A stretch of 64,000 nucleotides of DNA, taken from assembly GCA_951406725.2 (NCBI GenBank), contig OX597829.1:23188001-23252000 (forward strand), given 5' to 3'. A program made the translations under genes and the position numbers. Under the pieces are notes generated by a model. That model searched no databases and was not told where the DNA came from. It saw only the letters and a list, made by a program, of their open reading frames with translations. Source of the stretch: Octopus vulgaris. Its lineage: Eukaryota. Shown one piece after another: positions 37,480-51,464 of the stretch (position 1 is the stretch's first letter; the number at the start of each line of letters is the position of its first letter).

Positions 37480-38360
37480 TAATGGTTTCAAATTTTGCCC
37501 TTTGTTGGGAGGGGATGAGTCGATTACGTCGACCCAGTATTTCGATGGTACTTAATTTATTGACCCCGAAAAGGTGAGAGGCAAAGTCGGAATCTGGGAT
37601 CTTTTCACTTTGACCGGCAGATTTTAAAAATAATTTCTTTGTAACTAAACACTTTTAAACTTCGTATACTAGTAGAATGTGTTACATAAAACATCTTTTT
37701 CTCTTGGCTTTCTCGAGAGAATTCTGTAGTTTGTAAGCTATTTGTTAAATTTCTTACATTTCGGCAATTTCAACCAATCAATGACGTCTATTGAGGTGAA
37801 TACAATTTCTGCTGTTGTTTGTCAACAAGTTCAACAAGAACTTCCGGCGGTGTAGCTGTCATTTATAAACCCACGTGGATTTATTTACATTTCTGAAGAA
37901 AAAAGAAACCCTTCCCCCACTCCTAACCCTAACTCAAACCCTAACCCTAACCCCACAATCTTTTATCCATACGAATGTGACTGATATGAAATATGTCATA
38001 AATAACAGTGACAAACTAAATAGAGACCGCAGGAGGTTGTTGTTGACAAACAACAGCAGAAATTGTATTCAACTCAATAGACGTCATTGATTGGCTGAAA
38101 TTGCCAAATGCAAGAAATTTAACAACAAATAGCTTACAAACTACGGAATTTTCTCAAGAAAGCCAAGAGAAAAAGATGTTTTATGTAACACATTCTACCA
38201 GTATGCGAAGTTTAAAAGTGTTTAGTTACAAAGAAATTATTTTTTAAATCTGCCGGTCAAAGTGAAAAGATCCGGAATTTGAACTCGGGACGTACAGACG
38301 GACGAAATATCGCTAAGCATTTTGCCCGGCTTGCTAACGATTCTACCAGCTCGCTGCCTT
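37480..38360 (-). mobile_element. SINE family C split by the MITE at 37597-38273
   Basis: GGCAAAGTCGG|..|GGAATTTGAACTC continuity across the MITE. Confidence 0.75.
37597..38273. mobile_element. Foldback MITE related to 6789-7498, 8-bp TSD
   Basis: GGATCTTTTC..GAAAAGATCC; TSD GGAATCTG/GGAATTTG; internal CCCTAA repeats. Confidence 0.88.
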
Positions 38361-38497
38361 AGTAATAATAAACTAAATTTTGTACAATCTTAACTACAAT
38401 TTGAATGGGCAAACGAAAATAGTCAACAATTGATTTATTCTCATGACCCACAAACTTTCAATTATCAATGTGATGAAATATGTTTCAGATTTTAATA

Positions 38498-38566
<69 letters not shown>

Positions 38567-38632
38567 CTTGGTATCTCTTTTGGTTGAAATTAGGAAGTCC
38601 AATTCGTCATCGAAAATATAATAGTTTCGGCA

Positions 38633-39811
38633 TACGAAGGGATACCCAACAGAAACCGGAATTTTGCAATGTTATTTTATTCTCATATTCACACTTTTAT
38701 CGCCTTCAAAGTATTCATCATTTGAAGCAATGCATCATCGGTCCAGGCGCGTTTTCCACTGTTGAAAGCAGTGCTAGAACACTTACAAAGTGATGCCTTT
38801 TAACGCCTCGGTTTTTTTCCCCTACGTCTTCCACTTTTGCAAATTCCATAGCATCAGCTTTCTTTACAGTGATGATCTTCGAAAAAACAAAATGTCCGGA
38901 TCAACTTCCAATTTTGCTTCCACACTTTCCATTCGCAATTCTACGCTCAAAATTTGTTGGCAGAAGCTCTAGGACACACCTATCATAACAAGTACATCTG
39001 TGTGGTAAGAAGCTTGTTTCCCAACCACATGGTTCCGGGTTCAGTCCCACTGCGTGGCACCTTGGGCAAGTGTCTTCTACTATAGCCTCGGGTCGACCAA
39101 AGCCTTGTGAGTGCATTTGGAAGACGGAAACTGAAAAGAAGCCCGTCGTATATATATGTATATGTATGTTTGTGTCTGTGTTTGTCCCCCCAACGTCGCT
39201 TGACAACCGATGCTGGTGTGTTTACGTCCTGTAACTTAGCGGTTCGGGAAAAGGGCCCGATAGAATAAGTACTAGGCTTACAAAGAATAAGTCCTGCGGT
39301 CGATTTGCTCGACTAAATGCGGTGCTCCAGCATGGTCATAGTCAAATGACTGAAACAAGTAAAAGAATAATTGTTCGGTGATGGTCCTCCAATTCACGAA
39401 TTTTCACGATGTTTTCATTCGTTTTCATTCGCCCTGAACAAGGTTGGTCTTCAAGCAACAAGTGACCATTTCTAAAGCGTGAAAATCACTCGTAAACTTG
39501 TGTTTTGCACATGGCAGCGTCCACGTAAACTGTTTGAAGCATAACTGTTTCGGTGGCCGTTTTCCCCCGGCAGAAAACAGCATTTCACGGAAGCACACTA
39601 TTCCTTCGTTTCCGCTATCGCATAAATCGACGAACAAGGGAGAAGTACTGCAGAACAAAGACGCACAACGTGGCTGTACGACTTCACCAGACGACGCTGA
39701 TCGGCAGACTGATGCCTAAGAGTTGCATCAAGTGGCCTCTGGCGGCGAAAGCCTGAACTACAACAGGTTTATCCCACGGAGAACGTTTTCGGTTATATTG
39801 AGATACCCTCG
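38633..39811 (-). mobile_element. Internally deleted mariner element, interrupted by SINE A (38998-39370)
   Basis: TA-CGA.GG.. TIRs; N-terminal GKTATET..KTQVYE*FSRFRNG..EDQP and C-terminal FQQWKTRLD..YFEGD. Confidence 0.7.
38998..39370 (+). mobile_element. SINE family A
   Basis: Matches 21281-21690. Confidence 0.88.
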
Positions 39812-39954
39812 TATATAAGTACACTGTTTAAATCAGTACAAATTCAGTAAAAACAAAAAGTTTAACAATGAAGGAACGTTTTTGATATTTAGTCCTAGTG
39901 TATCTAGGACTACATTATCTCATGTATCAATTTTACTTTTATAGTCAGTGAATA

Positions 39955-40360
39955 GGCGCAGGAGTGGCTGTTTGGTAAGTAGCTTGCTAACCAACCACAT
40001 GGTTCCGGATTCAGTCCCACTGCGTGGCATCTTGGGCAAGTGTCTTCTGCTATAGCCCCGGGCCGACCAATGCCTTGTGAGTGGATTTGGTAGACGGAAA
40101 CTGAAAGAAGCCTGTCGTATATATGTATATATATATAAGTGTGTGTGAATATGTTTGTGTATCTGTGTTTGTCCCCCTAGCATTGCTTGACAACCGATGC
40201 TGGTGTGTTTACGTCCCCGTCAATTAGCGGTTCGGCAAAAGAGACCGATAGAATAAGTACTGGGCTTACAAAGAATAAGTCCCGGGGTCGATTTGCTCGA
40301 CTAAAGGCGGTGCTCCAGCATGGCCGCAGTCAAATGACTGAAACAAGTAAAAGAGTAAAA
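39955..40360 (+). mobile_element. SINE family A, full length
   Basis: Near-identical to 21281-21690. Confidence 0.9.
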
Positions 40361-40424
40361 AGAGAAAAAAAAAGAGAAAAAAGAGAAGTGTGGTTTGAGG
40401 GAAGGCTTGTATAAGATCAATTAA

Positions 40425-40917
40425 TAGCTCTTTCTTTTTTTCTCTTTCTCGCTCTTACTCGCCTTTTCCCCCTCTTTTTTTTTTGTCTCTTTTTTCTTCT
40501 TTCGCCTTATTTTTTCATCTCGCTCTCTCTTGCACACTTCATGTTTTTTACTCACTGTTTTCTTTCTCTTTTTCTTCCCACTCTTGTTCTCTCTATTTTT
40601 CTCTCTCTTTCTCGTTCGCTCGCTCAGCTTTTCTCCCTCTCGTTTTCTCTCCCTCGCGTTTTTCACGTTTTTTTCTTTCACTTTCTTTATCTCTACCCCT
40701 TGCCTCTCTCCCTCCTTCCCTCCCTCCCTCCCTCACCCTGTCACTCGGTCGCTTTCTCCCTCCCGTTTTCTCTCCCTCGCGTTTTTCTCGTTTTTTTCTT
40801 TCACTTTCTTTATCTCTATCCCCCTCCCTCTCTCCCTCTCTCACAGCCCTCTCTCCTCCCCCTCTCACAAGCTCGCTTTCTCCTTCTCTTTTCCTCTCCC
40901 ACTTGTCTTTTGCGTTT

Positions 40918-40951
<34 letters not shown>
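40425..40951. repeat. CT-rich low-complexity tract
   Basis: Directly visible; ~80-bp internal duplication. Confidence 0.85.
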
Positions 40952-40952
<1 letters not shown>

Positions 40953-42162
40953 CGTTGAAATGTATCCATTGACATATTGTTCCACTCCTCCTCTCCTTGC
41001 CAAACTAAGAATTCGCTATTACTTACGCTTTTGGTGCATCGGTTAGTATGTGTACGCTTGATTGAACGCATTTGTGTACGTGTAGTAGTGGTTGCGGGAT
41101 TTTGTCTTTGATTGCCCCACCCACCAACTCTTTAGGTCATCCCCCTGAAGGAGTAATTCTATCCGTCCAAAGGCGTTCCAACCATGAACAAGCCGTCTTC
41201 TATTCAGATAAAATTTATCCAGAACATTATTTCGACGTGCTCTTACAGCTGACTGCAGGGCGTCCTCCGTCGGTCAAGACGACGAGCATGCGGTTGCACG
41301 GTCAACTGACTTCCTACTGATGAAATCAGCATTATGTGACTGAGTATTCCTCTGGTACGTGTACCCGCAATGTAATTCTCAGTCAGAGAGAATTAACATG
41401 ACACGAGAGGAGACCTAAGAAATACAAGTAGGATCAAGAGAAGGAAAAAATAAACGAGAATGAAAACTCCATCTCAGAAATTATACTTTATCGACTCCGA
41501 AAGTAACGAAGGCAAAGCTGACTTCGACGCAATTTGAACTCGTAGCACGGAGAGCCGAAACAAATATTGCGAGGGATTCTGTCCGGCATTCTTATGAGGC
41601 TCCCAATTCTACGCCTTATTCTTATTGTCAGAAGGTAAAGACTCAGAACAGATCCTGCACGGAACAGTTGTGCTAATCCATCGTTCTCAGGTGAAGTACT
41701 TAATTTATCAATCCCGAAAAGACGAACGGCAAAGCTGACTTCGGCAGGATTTGATTTCAGGAAACCAGACTCTATTTTTGTTTTCAAATAAAATTTATCC
41801 AAAACATTATTCCGACGTGCTCCTACAGTTAAAATGACAGCGGAGAGTTCTTCGATCGAATCATATTAACTGTAAGATCACATCGAAATATTGTTAGTTT
41901 AGATAAATTTTATTTGAATAGAAGGAGCCAAGACGTTAGTGTGCTTTATGAGATATTTTGCTATTTCTAGCAGAATGAGTGACGACATAGAGCCCTGGCA
42001 CCCGATCTTTTCCTTGCCCCATACCACTGGGAAATGCTTGATTAGTTTTTGCACGCCCCTACCAAAGTAATAACCTATTTGAAAATGTAAACATCGATTT
42101 TCTAATCACTAGTTTATTTTTTATCAAATTGAATCGCATACAGTATTGAGGTCGACTTAAAG

Positions 42163-42481
42163 ACTCCGCCGGTTACGACGACGAGGGTCCCAGCTGATAC
42201 GATCAACGGAAAAGCTTGCTCGTGAAATTAACGTGCAAATGGCTGAGCATTCCACAGACACGTGTACCCTTAACGTAGTTCTCGGGGATAATCAGCGTGA
42301 CACAGAGAGTGACAAGGCTGACCCTTTGAAATACAAGTACAACTCATTTTTGCCAGCTGAGTGGACTGGAGCAACGTGAAATAAAGTGTCTTGCTCAAGG
42401 ACACAACGCGTCGCCGGGAATCGAACTCACAACCTTACGATCATGAGCCGAATGCCCTAACCACTAAGCCACGCGCCCTCA
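42163..42481 (-). mobile_element. SINE family D head/body with tail type 1
   Basis: Head GAGGGCGCGTGGCTTAGTGGTTAGGG..GAGTTCGATTCC, body GTGTCCTTGAGCAAGACACTTT; tail shared with 12173-12360. Confidence 0.85.
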
Positions 42482-42719
42482 TGAGGTCGACTAAAATGAA
42501 CTGAACAAATTTAGCTGGTAAACAATAAAAATCAATCACAGTTGTGAACATGAAGTTCAGTAATCTCACTGTTTCTCAAATATGACTATCAGAGCATGGA
42601 ACTTTATTGCTGATTGCGATCCTCAAGTTTGTCTGTGGATTCAGGAATCTCCTAGATTTTCGTCGTGATTGATAAAGAGAACAAGTCCAGATTTCCACAA
42701 GCAGTGGGGGAGGGGTTCG

Positions 42720-43780
42720 TTTATTCTGCAGGAAAGGTGATGGCCTCAGTTTTTGGTGGGACGCAAAAGGCATTGTGCTTATTGACTATCTTCAAAAGAG
42801 CCACGCCAGCAATGGAGAGTACTATGCCAACTTGAGTACTATGGAGAGTACTATGCCACCAAATGCGCAGGAAAACTGATGAAAGGGGTTTTGTTTCATC
42901 AGGACAATGCTCCAGCATACAAGTCCTTACTTTCAATGGATGCTGTACGTGATTGTGGCTTTGAACTGGTTGATCACCCCGCCCCTGCTTTCCTGATTTG
43001 GCCCATTCTGGCTACTATCTGCTCCTCAACATAAAAAAAAAACACTTGGCTGGGAACCGGTATCGTAGTGATGAAGCCATGTCTGCTGCGTATGACTTTT
43101 TTGACTAACAGGCGGGAAGTTTCTTCAGCAATGGGGTTCCAAGCACTGAATCACCAATGAGAAGAGTGTGGTGAAGTGCAAGGAGTACTTTCATTATTTA
43201 CATTATTTACATTCGACGGATATTTGTCCTCATCTCGTTCGCTGTTAAGACAACGTTTCGGCTCATATACCCTCCAGCCTTCTTCAGGTGTCTTGGGGAA
43301 ATTTCGAACCTGGGTTCTCATTCTTAAGGTATTTTTCGATGTTATTATTATTATTATTATTATTGTTGCTGCTGTTGTTGTTGTTGTTGTTGTTGTTGTT
43401 CTTCTTCTTCTTCTTCTTCTTCTTCTTCTTCTTCTTCTTCTTCTTCTTCTTCTTCTTCTTCTTCTTCTTGTTCTTGTTCAGGTCACTGCTTGGAATCGAA
43501 CACGGAATCTTGGGGTTAGTAGCCCGCACTCTTAACCACCACGCCAAGACAGGCTGGAGAGGGAAGAAGGCTGGAGGGTATATCAGCCGAAACGTTGTGT
43601 TAACAACAAACAAGATGCGGACAAATATCCGTCGAATGTAAATAATGTAAATAATGTATATAATTCCTCATCTCTTAAATATTAGAACTGTAAGGAGTGC
43701 TTTGTTGGAAATTAAACCTTATTTGCTCACATCCCATGCGAGTATCTTGGTCAGGCTAAGAACTTTACAGCCAATCCTCC
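42720..43780 (+). pseudogene. Mariner transposase remnant interrupted at 43192-43691
   Basis: SAGKVMASVF.WDAKGIVLIDYL, NGEYYANL, VLFHQDNAPA, FELVDHP..PDLA. Confidence 0.85.
43192..43691 (-). mobile_element. tRNA-headed, hammerhead-containing non-autonomous retroelement with inverted 5' arm and TSD
   Basis: Head 43546-43477, microsatellite, hammerhead 43291-43248, inverted copy 43563-43691; TSD AAGGAGTRCTTT. Confidence 0.75.
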
Positions 43781-43849
43781 TAAGTTATTACAAATGGAAT
43801 GAAAACGCAATTATAGGTTGCTAGTTTCTTTTTGTTTTTAATTTTCTTT

Positions 43850-44200
43850 GCTCGTTTCAGTCAATTGATTGTGGCCATGATGGAGCACAATCTTGAAGGA
43901 TTTTAGTCGAACAAATCGGCCCGAGGACTTACTTTTTAAGCCTTAGTACTTATTCAATCGGTTTCTTTTGTTGAACCGCTGAGTTACGGGGATATAAACA
44001 CACCAGCACCGGTTTTCAAGCGGTGATGGGGGAGAAAGACACACAAACAGATTTTATATAAATGTGTGTGTGTGTGTGTGTGTGTATGTGTGCGACGGGC
44101 TTCATTCAGTTTCCGTCTACCAAATTCACTCACAAGATTTTAATAGACGCTTGCCCACGCATGTGGTTGGAAAGCAAGCTTCTTACCACACAGTCACGCC
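43850..44200 (-). mobile_element. SINE family A, diverged
   Basis: TTCAGTTTCCGTCTACCAAATTCACTCACAAG. Confidence 0.75.
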
Positions 44201-44239
44201 TGTTCATAATATCTTGAGCTTTAAATCTTCACATATAGA

Positions 44240-45220
44240 ACAAGAGCAAAACTTCCGCTAAGGCAACACCAACGTTCTCTCAACGATTAACCAGAGATGA
44301 TTTTTAAAATAAGAATATCCGAAATAAACTCGACTTCTCTCAAAAATTAAGTAAAAAAGAAGAAAGAAAAGAACGGGAAAATAATCCAGAATCCTTGTCC
44401 GGTACCTGATCGATCCCAATGGAATGTGAAGGTGAGTGTGCGGACCGTGTTTGTAATGCTACGTGTGTCGGCTGCAGTGGGAACAAGGACTGTTTTCTCT
44501 ATGAAGGCCTTTTTTAGTCTATCCCCTGATATAGTGTCATTACGACCATCAAGGTCTGTAGTGAAAAATGTATCCGTGCGCAAAAGAAAACGGAAAGGAC
44601 CTGCATACAGTGCTGTTAACAGAGGTTTAACAATATCGTTGCGCACAAAAAACGTGAGTCCAAGAAGTAAAGCTTCTTTCAAGGCAGAGCTAGAAATGCA
44701 ATTGTCAAGTAGGTAAGAGGTTTTAAACAGGAGCGATTTATTAAAAATTGGTAAAACTAAGAATTGTCAAGGATAAATTAAATTTATTATTGTTCCTGAA
44801 TATGTTAGTGTTATTTAATTACTGAATGGTTTTACTGCCATTTGCTTATGTAGTTCGATTTATTTATCCATCAGTTTCTACTAAGATAGAGACACGAGTA
44901 AAATTGATGGAGAAACGAAAATAAACTTTGGAAACAGCAACACCGCCATAACTTACGAGAGTGTTTTCAAGGGAAATAATCATGGAAAGACTTGAAACGT
45001 AATACTTTAAGTAAAGTAAATATAACAAATAATCCAGAATCCTTGTCCGTTGCTGGATTGATCCCCAAATCTAATCAGTTTGTGCCAGTCATGAGGCCAA
45101 ACATCCCTGAAAGTTTCATCTGAATCCAACCAGCGGTTCTTGAGATATCTTGTTCATGGACAAACAAACAAACAAACATGACTGAAAACAAACCTCTGCC
45201 TTCGCTAAGGTGGAATAATA
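44240..45220. mobile_element. Helentron-associated (DINE-1/HINE-like) element pieces
   Basis: AACAAGAGC start, repeated AAATAATCCAGAATCCTTGTCCG, (CAAA)n, terminal hairpin-like CTGCC..GGTGG. Confidence 0.45.
44420..44700 (-). pseudogene. Gypsy/Ty3 integrase C-terminal (GPY/F) fragment
   Basis: FVRND.VKP.LT..YAGPFR.L.RTD.FFT.DLDGRNDTIS.DRLK.AF. Confidence 0.75.
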
Positions 45221-45977
45221 AAGTTCTTGGCGTGTTGTATAGAATAGTTAATAATTTTATTGTGAAAAGCACTTTTAATGAAATATATTTTTATCCATTC
45301 TGTTGAATCCCCAGAGACTATGGGCAGCACAGTTTGGAAATCCCTTATGTAGAGATTCATCGTTGGTTGAAGCACGAGCGCGCGTGTATTTGTTTAATAG
45401 GCGAAGAAATATGTTTTGGAAATAAATATCTTTCAACAGAGAGGAAATGTACCATTGTAGATGCCATGGCAACGATGTCTTGTGGGAATGATCTTGTCAA
45501 GCGTTTTCTCTTTCTTAACACAATTTATATTATTAGATTTAACAGTATCAAAATAACTTTGAATAAAAATGGAATTAGGTCAGCTGCACGAAGGTATTTT
45601 AGTGCTGCCAAGTTATTCATACACATATATATATCCATCAACATGTTTTTGTTTTTATCGTTGTAACTGCTGCTGCTGTTGCTTCTATGTTCCTCTTTCC
45701 CTAATACACTGGAAGCAGCTCTTTGGGGCTGGCGTGTACAATTTAGGCTTCCACTTTACCTTTATCCTCTGTCTTAACCCTTGTAATATCAGCCACACCT
45801 GAAACGGCCCTTGGTTCTGTGATACAAACTTCATGTTGTAAAGTGATCTGAATTAACACCTTCCATCAAAATCTTATGCTAAATTTGATTCAGACACAAG
45901 CTTAACCCTTTCGCTGTCCTGTGCGCCGCATATGATACATAGGACATACTTCCATAGCGTCTGTGCATGCATCATCT

Positions 45978-46316
45978 GAGACCCCTCTTCGGTCATGACT
46001 GACCATGGGATTGCACCTAGAAGGTTACTCTCCCAGGACCAAGTTCGGGCAAGGTTGTTTTTATGGAAGACCAGCAGTCACCCATGCATACCAGCCTCCC
46101 CTCTCCACGCCACCAGCATTATCCAAAGGAAAGACAAAGGCCGATATAGCTTGGCACCTGTGACGTCGCAACTCATTTCTACGGCTGAGTGAACTGGAGC
46201 AACGTGAAATAAAGTGTCTTGCTCAAGAACACAACACGCAGCCCGGTCCGGGAATCGAACTCACAACCTCACGATCGTAAGCTCGACGCTCTAACCACTG
46301 AACCATGCGCCTTCAC
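45978..46316 (-). mobile_element. SINE family D with tail type 4
   Basis: Body shared with 42163-42481; tail ..GGTGCAATCCCATGGTCAGTCATGACCGAAG. Confidence 0.85.
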
Positions 46317-46529
46317 TGCATGCATCATATATGATACACATTCCTAGTTTTTCTTTAGTTTTTTTGGTTTTTTTTCAACCACCAGAGCAACAGGAAACTA
46401 ATGAAAAGAAAGCTTTATACAACCGAGAACTTATGAAACAAGGGCTAAGAAAAAGTCTGAAAACATGCATGGACGTTTAGGACGAACTTGTGAAAATACT
46501 TTGGACAAGCAAAGTGTTAATGATCCTTT

Positions 46530-46716
46530 CAGTCACAAGGCCTGAAATTTGGTGGGAGGAGACATGTCGATTACATCGACCCCAGTGTTTCACTGGCACT
46601 TAAAAGGATGAACGGCAGTCAACCTCGGCGGAATTTGAACTCAGAACGTAGCTGTAGACGACTTACCACTAAGCATTTCAACCAGCACTCTAACGATTCT
46701 GCCAGATCGCTGCCTT
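46530..46716 (-). mobile_element. SINE family C
   Basis: CCTCGGCGGAATTTGAACTCAGAACGTAGC. Confidence 0.75.
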
Positions 46717-46762
46717 GCAAAGGGTTATTAATGGCAGTTATCTTATTAAATTAATCATTATA

Positions 46763-47120
46763 GGCGTAGGAGTGGCTTTGTGGTAAGTAGCCTGCTTATC
46801 AGTCACATGGTTCCCGGTTCAGTCCCACTGCGTGGCACCTTGGGCAAGTGTCTTCTACTATAGACTCGGACCGACCAAAACCTTGTGAGTGGATTTGGTA
46901 GACGGAAACTGAAAGAAGCCCGTCGTATATATGTGTGTGTGTGTGTGTTTGTGTTTGTCCCCCCCCAACATCGCTTGACTACCGATGCTGGTGTGTTTAT
47001 GTCCCCGTAATTTGGAAGTTCGGCAAAAGAGACCGATAGAATAAGTACTAGGCTTACAAAGAATAAGTCCCGGGATCGATTTGCTCGACTAAATGACTGG
47101 AACAAGTAAAGGAGTAAAAG
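46763..47120 (+). mobile_element. SINE family A
   Basis: Matches 21281-21690. Confidence 0.88.
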
Positions 47121-47541
47121 CGTATTATTATCAAAATCAATTGAAACAAAGGCACTCTATCGACATAGAAGTATGGTAACTAAAAGGATAAAAGACATTG
47201 CACGTCATACAAAACCCCTCCTTCGTCTACTAAAGAGAATTCACTGGAGTGTCTTCCAAGGTTGCTTCTTTCTTGGATTAAACAAGGAAAATACCTGCGG
47301 ACCTTACCAAAGCACAAATAAGTTACTTTCCTTTGCGCAACTTTGATAGATTGTGGAAGACGAGCTTCTAAGTATTTCTTCTTTCGTGAAACCCTTCTGC
47401 ATTTCAGCTTGTTTAAAAGAACGTTTGCAAACGATGGTGTTTCGTCATTGCCTGCCTGTCACATTTTCATCTCACAAAGTACGTGCATATGCATGGTTTG
47501 GTCATTTGTTATTATTGTTGTCTCTTGTCGAACATGTCATA

Positions 47542-48040
47542 TCTTTATATATAAAAGTGAAGTTGTGTGTCTGTCTCCTACGATTTAGATTCCTAACTAC
47601 TCCCACATTTTGCGGTGCAGTGTAACCAAAACCGGGTATCTTATAGTCGTGATTCATATCGAGCCCTTCTGGGTATTAGTGCGCGTCTACGATGAGTCTA
47701 CGATTTAAAAAAAAATTTACCATCATTTTTTTATTCCATTTTAATGCATTTTTCGCTATTATATAAGGGAAGTAACTCTCTAAAATTGTCTACGATGAGT
47801 TAACGATTAAAAAAAAATTACCATCATTTTTTATTCCATTTTAATGCATTTTTCGCTATTATATAAGGGAAGTAACTCTCTAAAAATGTCTACGATGAGT
47901 CAACGATTAAAAAAAAAATTACCATAGTTTTTTATTCCATTTTTAATGCATTTTTTGCTATTTTTTTGCTATAACTCACTAAAAATGCTTATATGGTTAT
48001 TTCCCTTACAAACCCGAGCAACGCCGGGCGATACTGCTAG
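47542..48040 (+). mobile_element. Complete non-autonomous Helitron with an internal ~100-bp triplication
   Basis: A|TCTTTATATATAAAA ... hairpin CTAG|T, no TSD. Another Helitron-like start (TCTACATACAAAAA) follows at 48041. Confidence 0.85.
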
Positions 48041-48520
48041 TCTACATACAAAAATGGCAAATTCTGTCTGTTTGTGGCTATGTGTGTGTGAATTTGTGAA
48101 TTTCTTACTTTAACTCCCCCGAGAATATCTAACCCATCCTCATGAAACTTGACGTGTGTGTGTATGTGTGTGTGCGTGTGTGTGTGTGTGTGTGGGGGGG
48201 TTATACCCATGCAGTCACTAACGCACTTGGAATTTTTTTTAAAAATCGATAATTTTTAATCAGCATCGATTTTACAAAAATCAATAGGACATTTCAATGC
48301 AAATTTTCATATGAATGATATTTTTCTGCCATATGTTTTAAAATTGCCAACAGATTTTCTTGAAATTTTATATGCAGATGGAATATGCGCTAATGACTGG
48401 TTCAGACAGATAAATTTTCCCCTAGGCCGCTCAAGCAAAGCGTAAGATGATTTTTCATTAACTGGTTAATGAAATTTGGCCTAAATTGTTGTGGGCCTAA
48501 AATGTTCATCCATTATTTCG

Positions 48521-48602
<82 letters not shown>

Positions 48603-48627
48603 CAAACATAGAACAATAATAATAATG

Positions 48628-49180
48628 ATATGCAGTACCAGGCAGTGGCTCTCATGGCTTCTGATCTTAACTGATTGGAAGTGTTATCATGTACATTGTT
48701 TTGTCTTGGTATAAAAGATGGGCTACAGCAAATATTCTGCTCAATACCACAGATTTGCTTGTCAGTTGTTTGACCATAACCAGTTGAGCATGTCCCTTAG
48801 TGGCTGACGATATGTGCATCTCTGATCACGAGCAGAAGTAGTGGGGGAGCATCATAGCCAAGTGTTGAGAGAAAATCTTTAGGGTTTGAATAATTCACCT
48901 CTGGAAACATGGGTGGTTCTTTCAATATCCTTAAACAACCCTTATTCAGGGACCTTTTGAGCGGGATGGGCTACTCAACCTGAAGAAAATTCTAACTGGG
49001 CCCCACCTGCAAGGTCATGTGCTGTTTATCTTGATATGAGATCACCATGTCGCGCACATATGGTTGTGATGCATGTGCCTGGTGTACCTTTATCAGACGG
49101 GTAGTCATGATGGGTATATTGGGCTTCGTATATTTTACCCCAGTGTCACTTTGATGGCATGAACTGCTCTCTCACTCAAT
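48628..49180. mobile_element. ~550-bp non-coding insert within (TAA)n; probable UTR of a TAA-targeting retroelement
   Basis: Complex sequence sharply bounded by TAA repeats on both sides. Confidence 0.4.
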
Positions 49181-49275
49181 AATAATAATAATAGGGAATA
49201 TAACTCCAAAATTACAGTGAAAAATTCAATTTAGTATCAAATCAAATTTCACAATATAAATATATATATAAATTC

Positions 49276-49513
49276 GAGAAAAACCACTATCATGTAATTC
49301 AATCAAAGATAGACGTAAATCATACCACATAGCAAAAATAAAATACACGATAAAACATCTACCTAGATCACAAAAAAAGTACTTATATACTGTTTATTTA
49401 TTATTATGTACTTTTTGTGATCTAGGTAAATGTTTTATCATGTATTTTATATTTTCTATATGGTATGATTTACGTCTATCATTGTTTGAACTACATAATA
49501 GTGGTTTTTCTCT
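49276..49513. repeat. Imperfect hairpin, ~105-bp arms
   Basis: GAGAAAAACCACTAT... / ...ATAGTGGTTTTTCTC. Confidence 0.8.
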
Positions 49514-49794
49514 AAAACATTTTTAAGAATTTAAGGATATATGTATGAATTCTAGTTGTTTTTTATTAAGGTATACATAAAGGAAGGAACACCGTACAAA
49601 AATATATATACTCATACCGGTGCAAAGAGAGAAAATGCACACACCTATAGATATTTCTACACGCACAAATAAGGAATAATAGTGTATATATGTGTGTGTG
49701 TGTTGTGTGTGTGTGTGTGTGTGTGTGTGCGCGAAACATACGTATATTTGCACACGTTCGTATTAATAAATACATGTTAGTGTCAACATGTTTT

Positions 49795-50093
49795 TACGAT
49801 CGTGAGGTGGTGAATTCGATTCTCGGACCGGGCTGCGTGTTGTGTTCTTGAGCAAGACACTTTATTTCACGTCGCTCCAGTTCACTCAGCTGTAGAAATG
49901 AGTTGCGACATCACAGGTGCCAAGCTGTATCGGCCTTTGTCTTTCCCTTGGATAACATCAGTGCTGTGGAGAGAGGAGGCTGGTATGCATGGGCGACTGC
50001 TGGTCTTCCATAAACAACCTTGCCCGGATTCGTGCCTCGGAGGGTAACTTTATAGGTGCAATCCCACGGTCATTCATGACCGAAGGGGGTCTC
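49795..50093 (+). mobile_element. SINE family D with tail type 4
   Basis: Reverse match to 45978-46316. Confidence 0.85.
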
Positions 50094-50462
50094 CTCCTCC
50101 TCCAGTGTCAACATATAGTGAATAAACATACAATAATAATAGATATGCACATGCAGGTGACATATAAGATCCATATCTAGATAGGCATACATGGTTGTAG
50201 GCATGCAGGACACCAAGAGGTATTAGATATGTTTGAATATATCAGCAGTAAAATATATTCAATTATCAGGGAGAGTGATAAGTAACATAAAACAGTATTA
50301 GTTAGACTGGATATGTTCAGGAGGTTTAAAAGGACACACTATACAAATAAAGTAAAATACAAAAATTATAGGTATATTATATACTAAGGAAAGATATTTT
50401 TAAAAAACAGACATATTCAGAGAAAAGGAGGTTTAGGCAGAGGCAGATAAAGTGTTAGCCCA

Positions 50463-51104
<642 letters not shown>

Positions 51105-51464
51105 GAAAAATTAAATACAAAAATATATCACGATAGTGTAAGATATAGTGGTATAAAGTGGATGTGATGAGCAATCATTTTTCATAGAAAAAGATAATAT
51201 ACAGAAATTTATTTAAAAAAAACACAAAGAAAATCTAAGCAAGTAGGGAGTGAAGACTTATTTAAGATTGATAAAAAAAACACTTTTGTCATGTTTTTAC
51301 ATGAGAACACTTTCATCCCTAGTGTTAACCAGATTTCCATTCGTTTTCATCATGCTATAGCTTTCTTCCAAACATAACCTACAAAATTTATTATATCTGT
51401 AAGAGAGGGGAGAAGATAGGATTTTCCAAGAAAATATATCTATGTATATATATATCTATGCATA

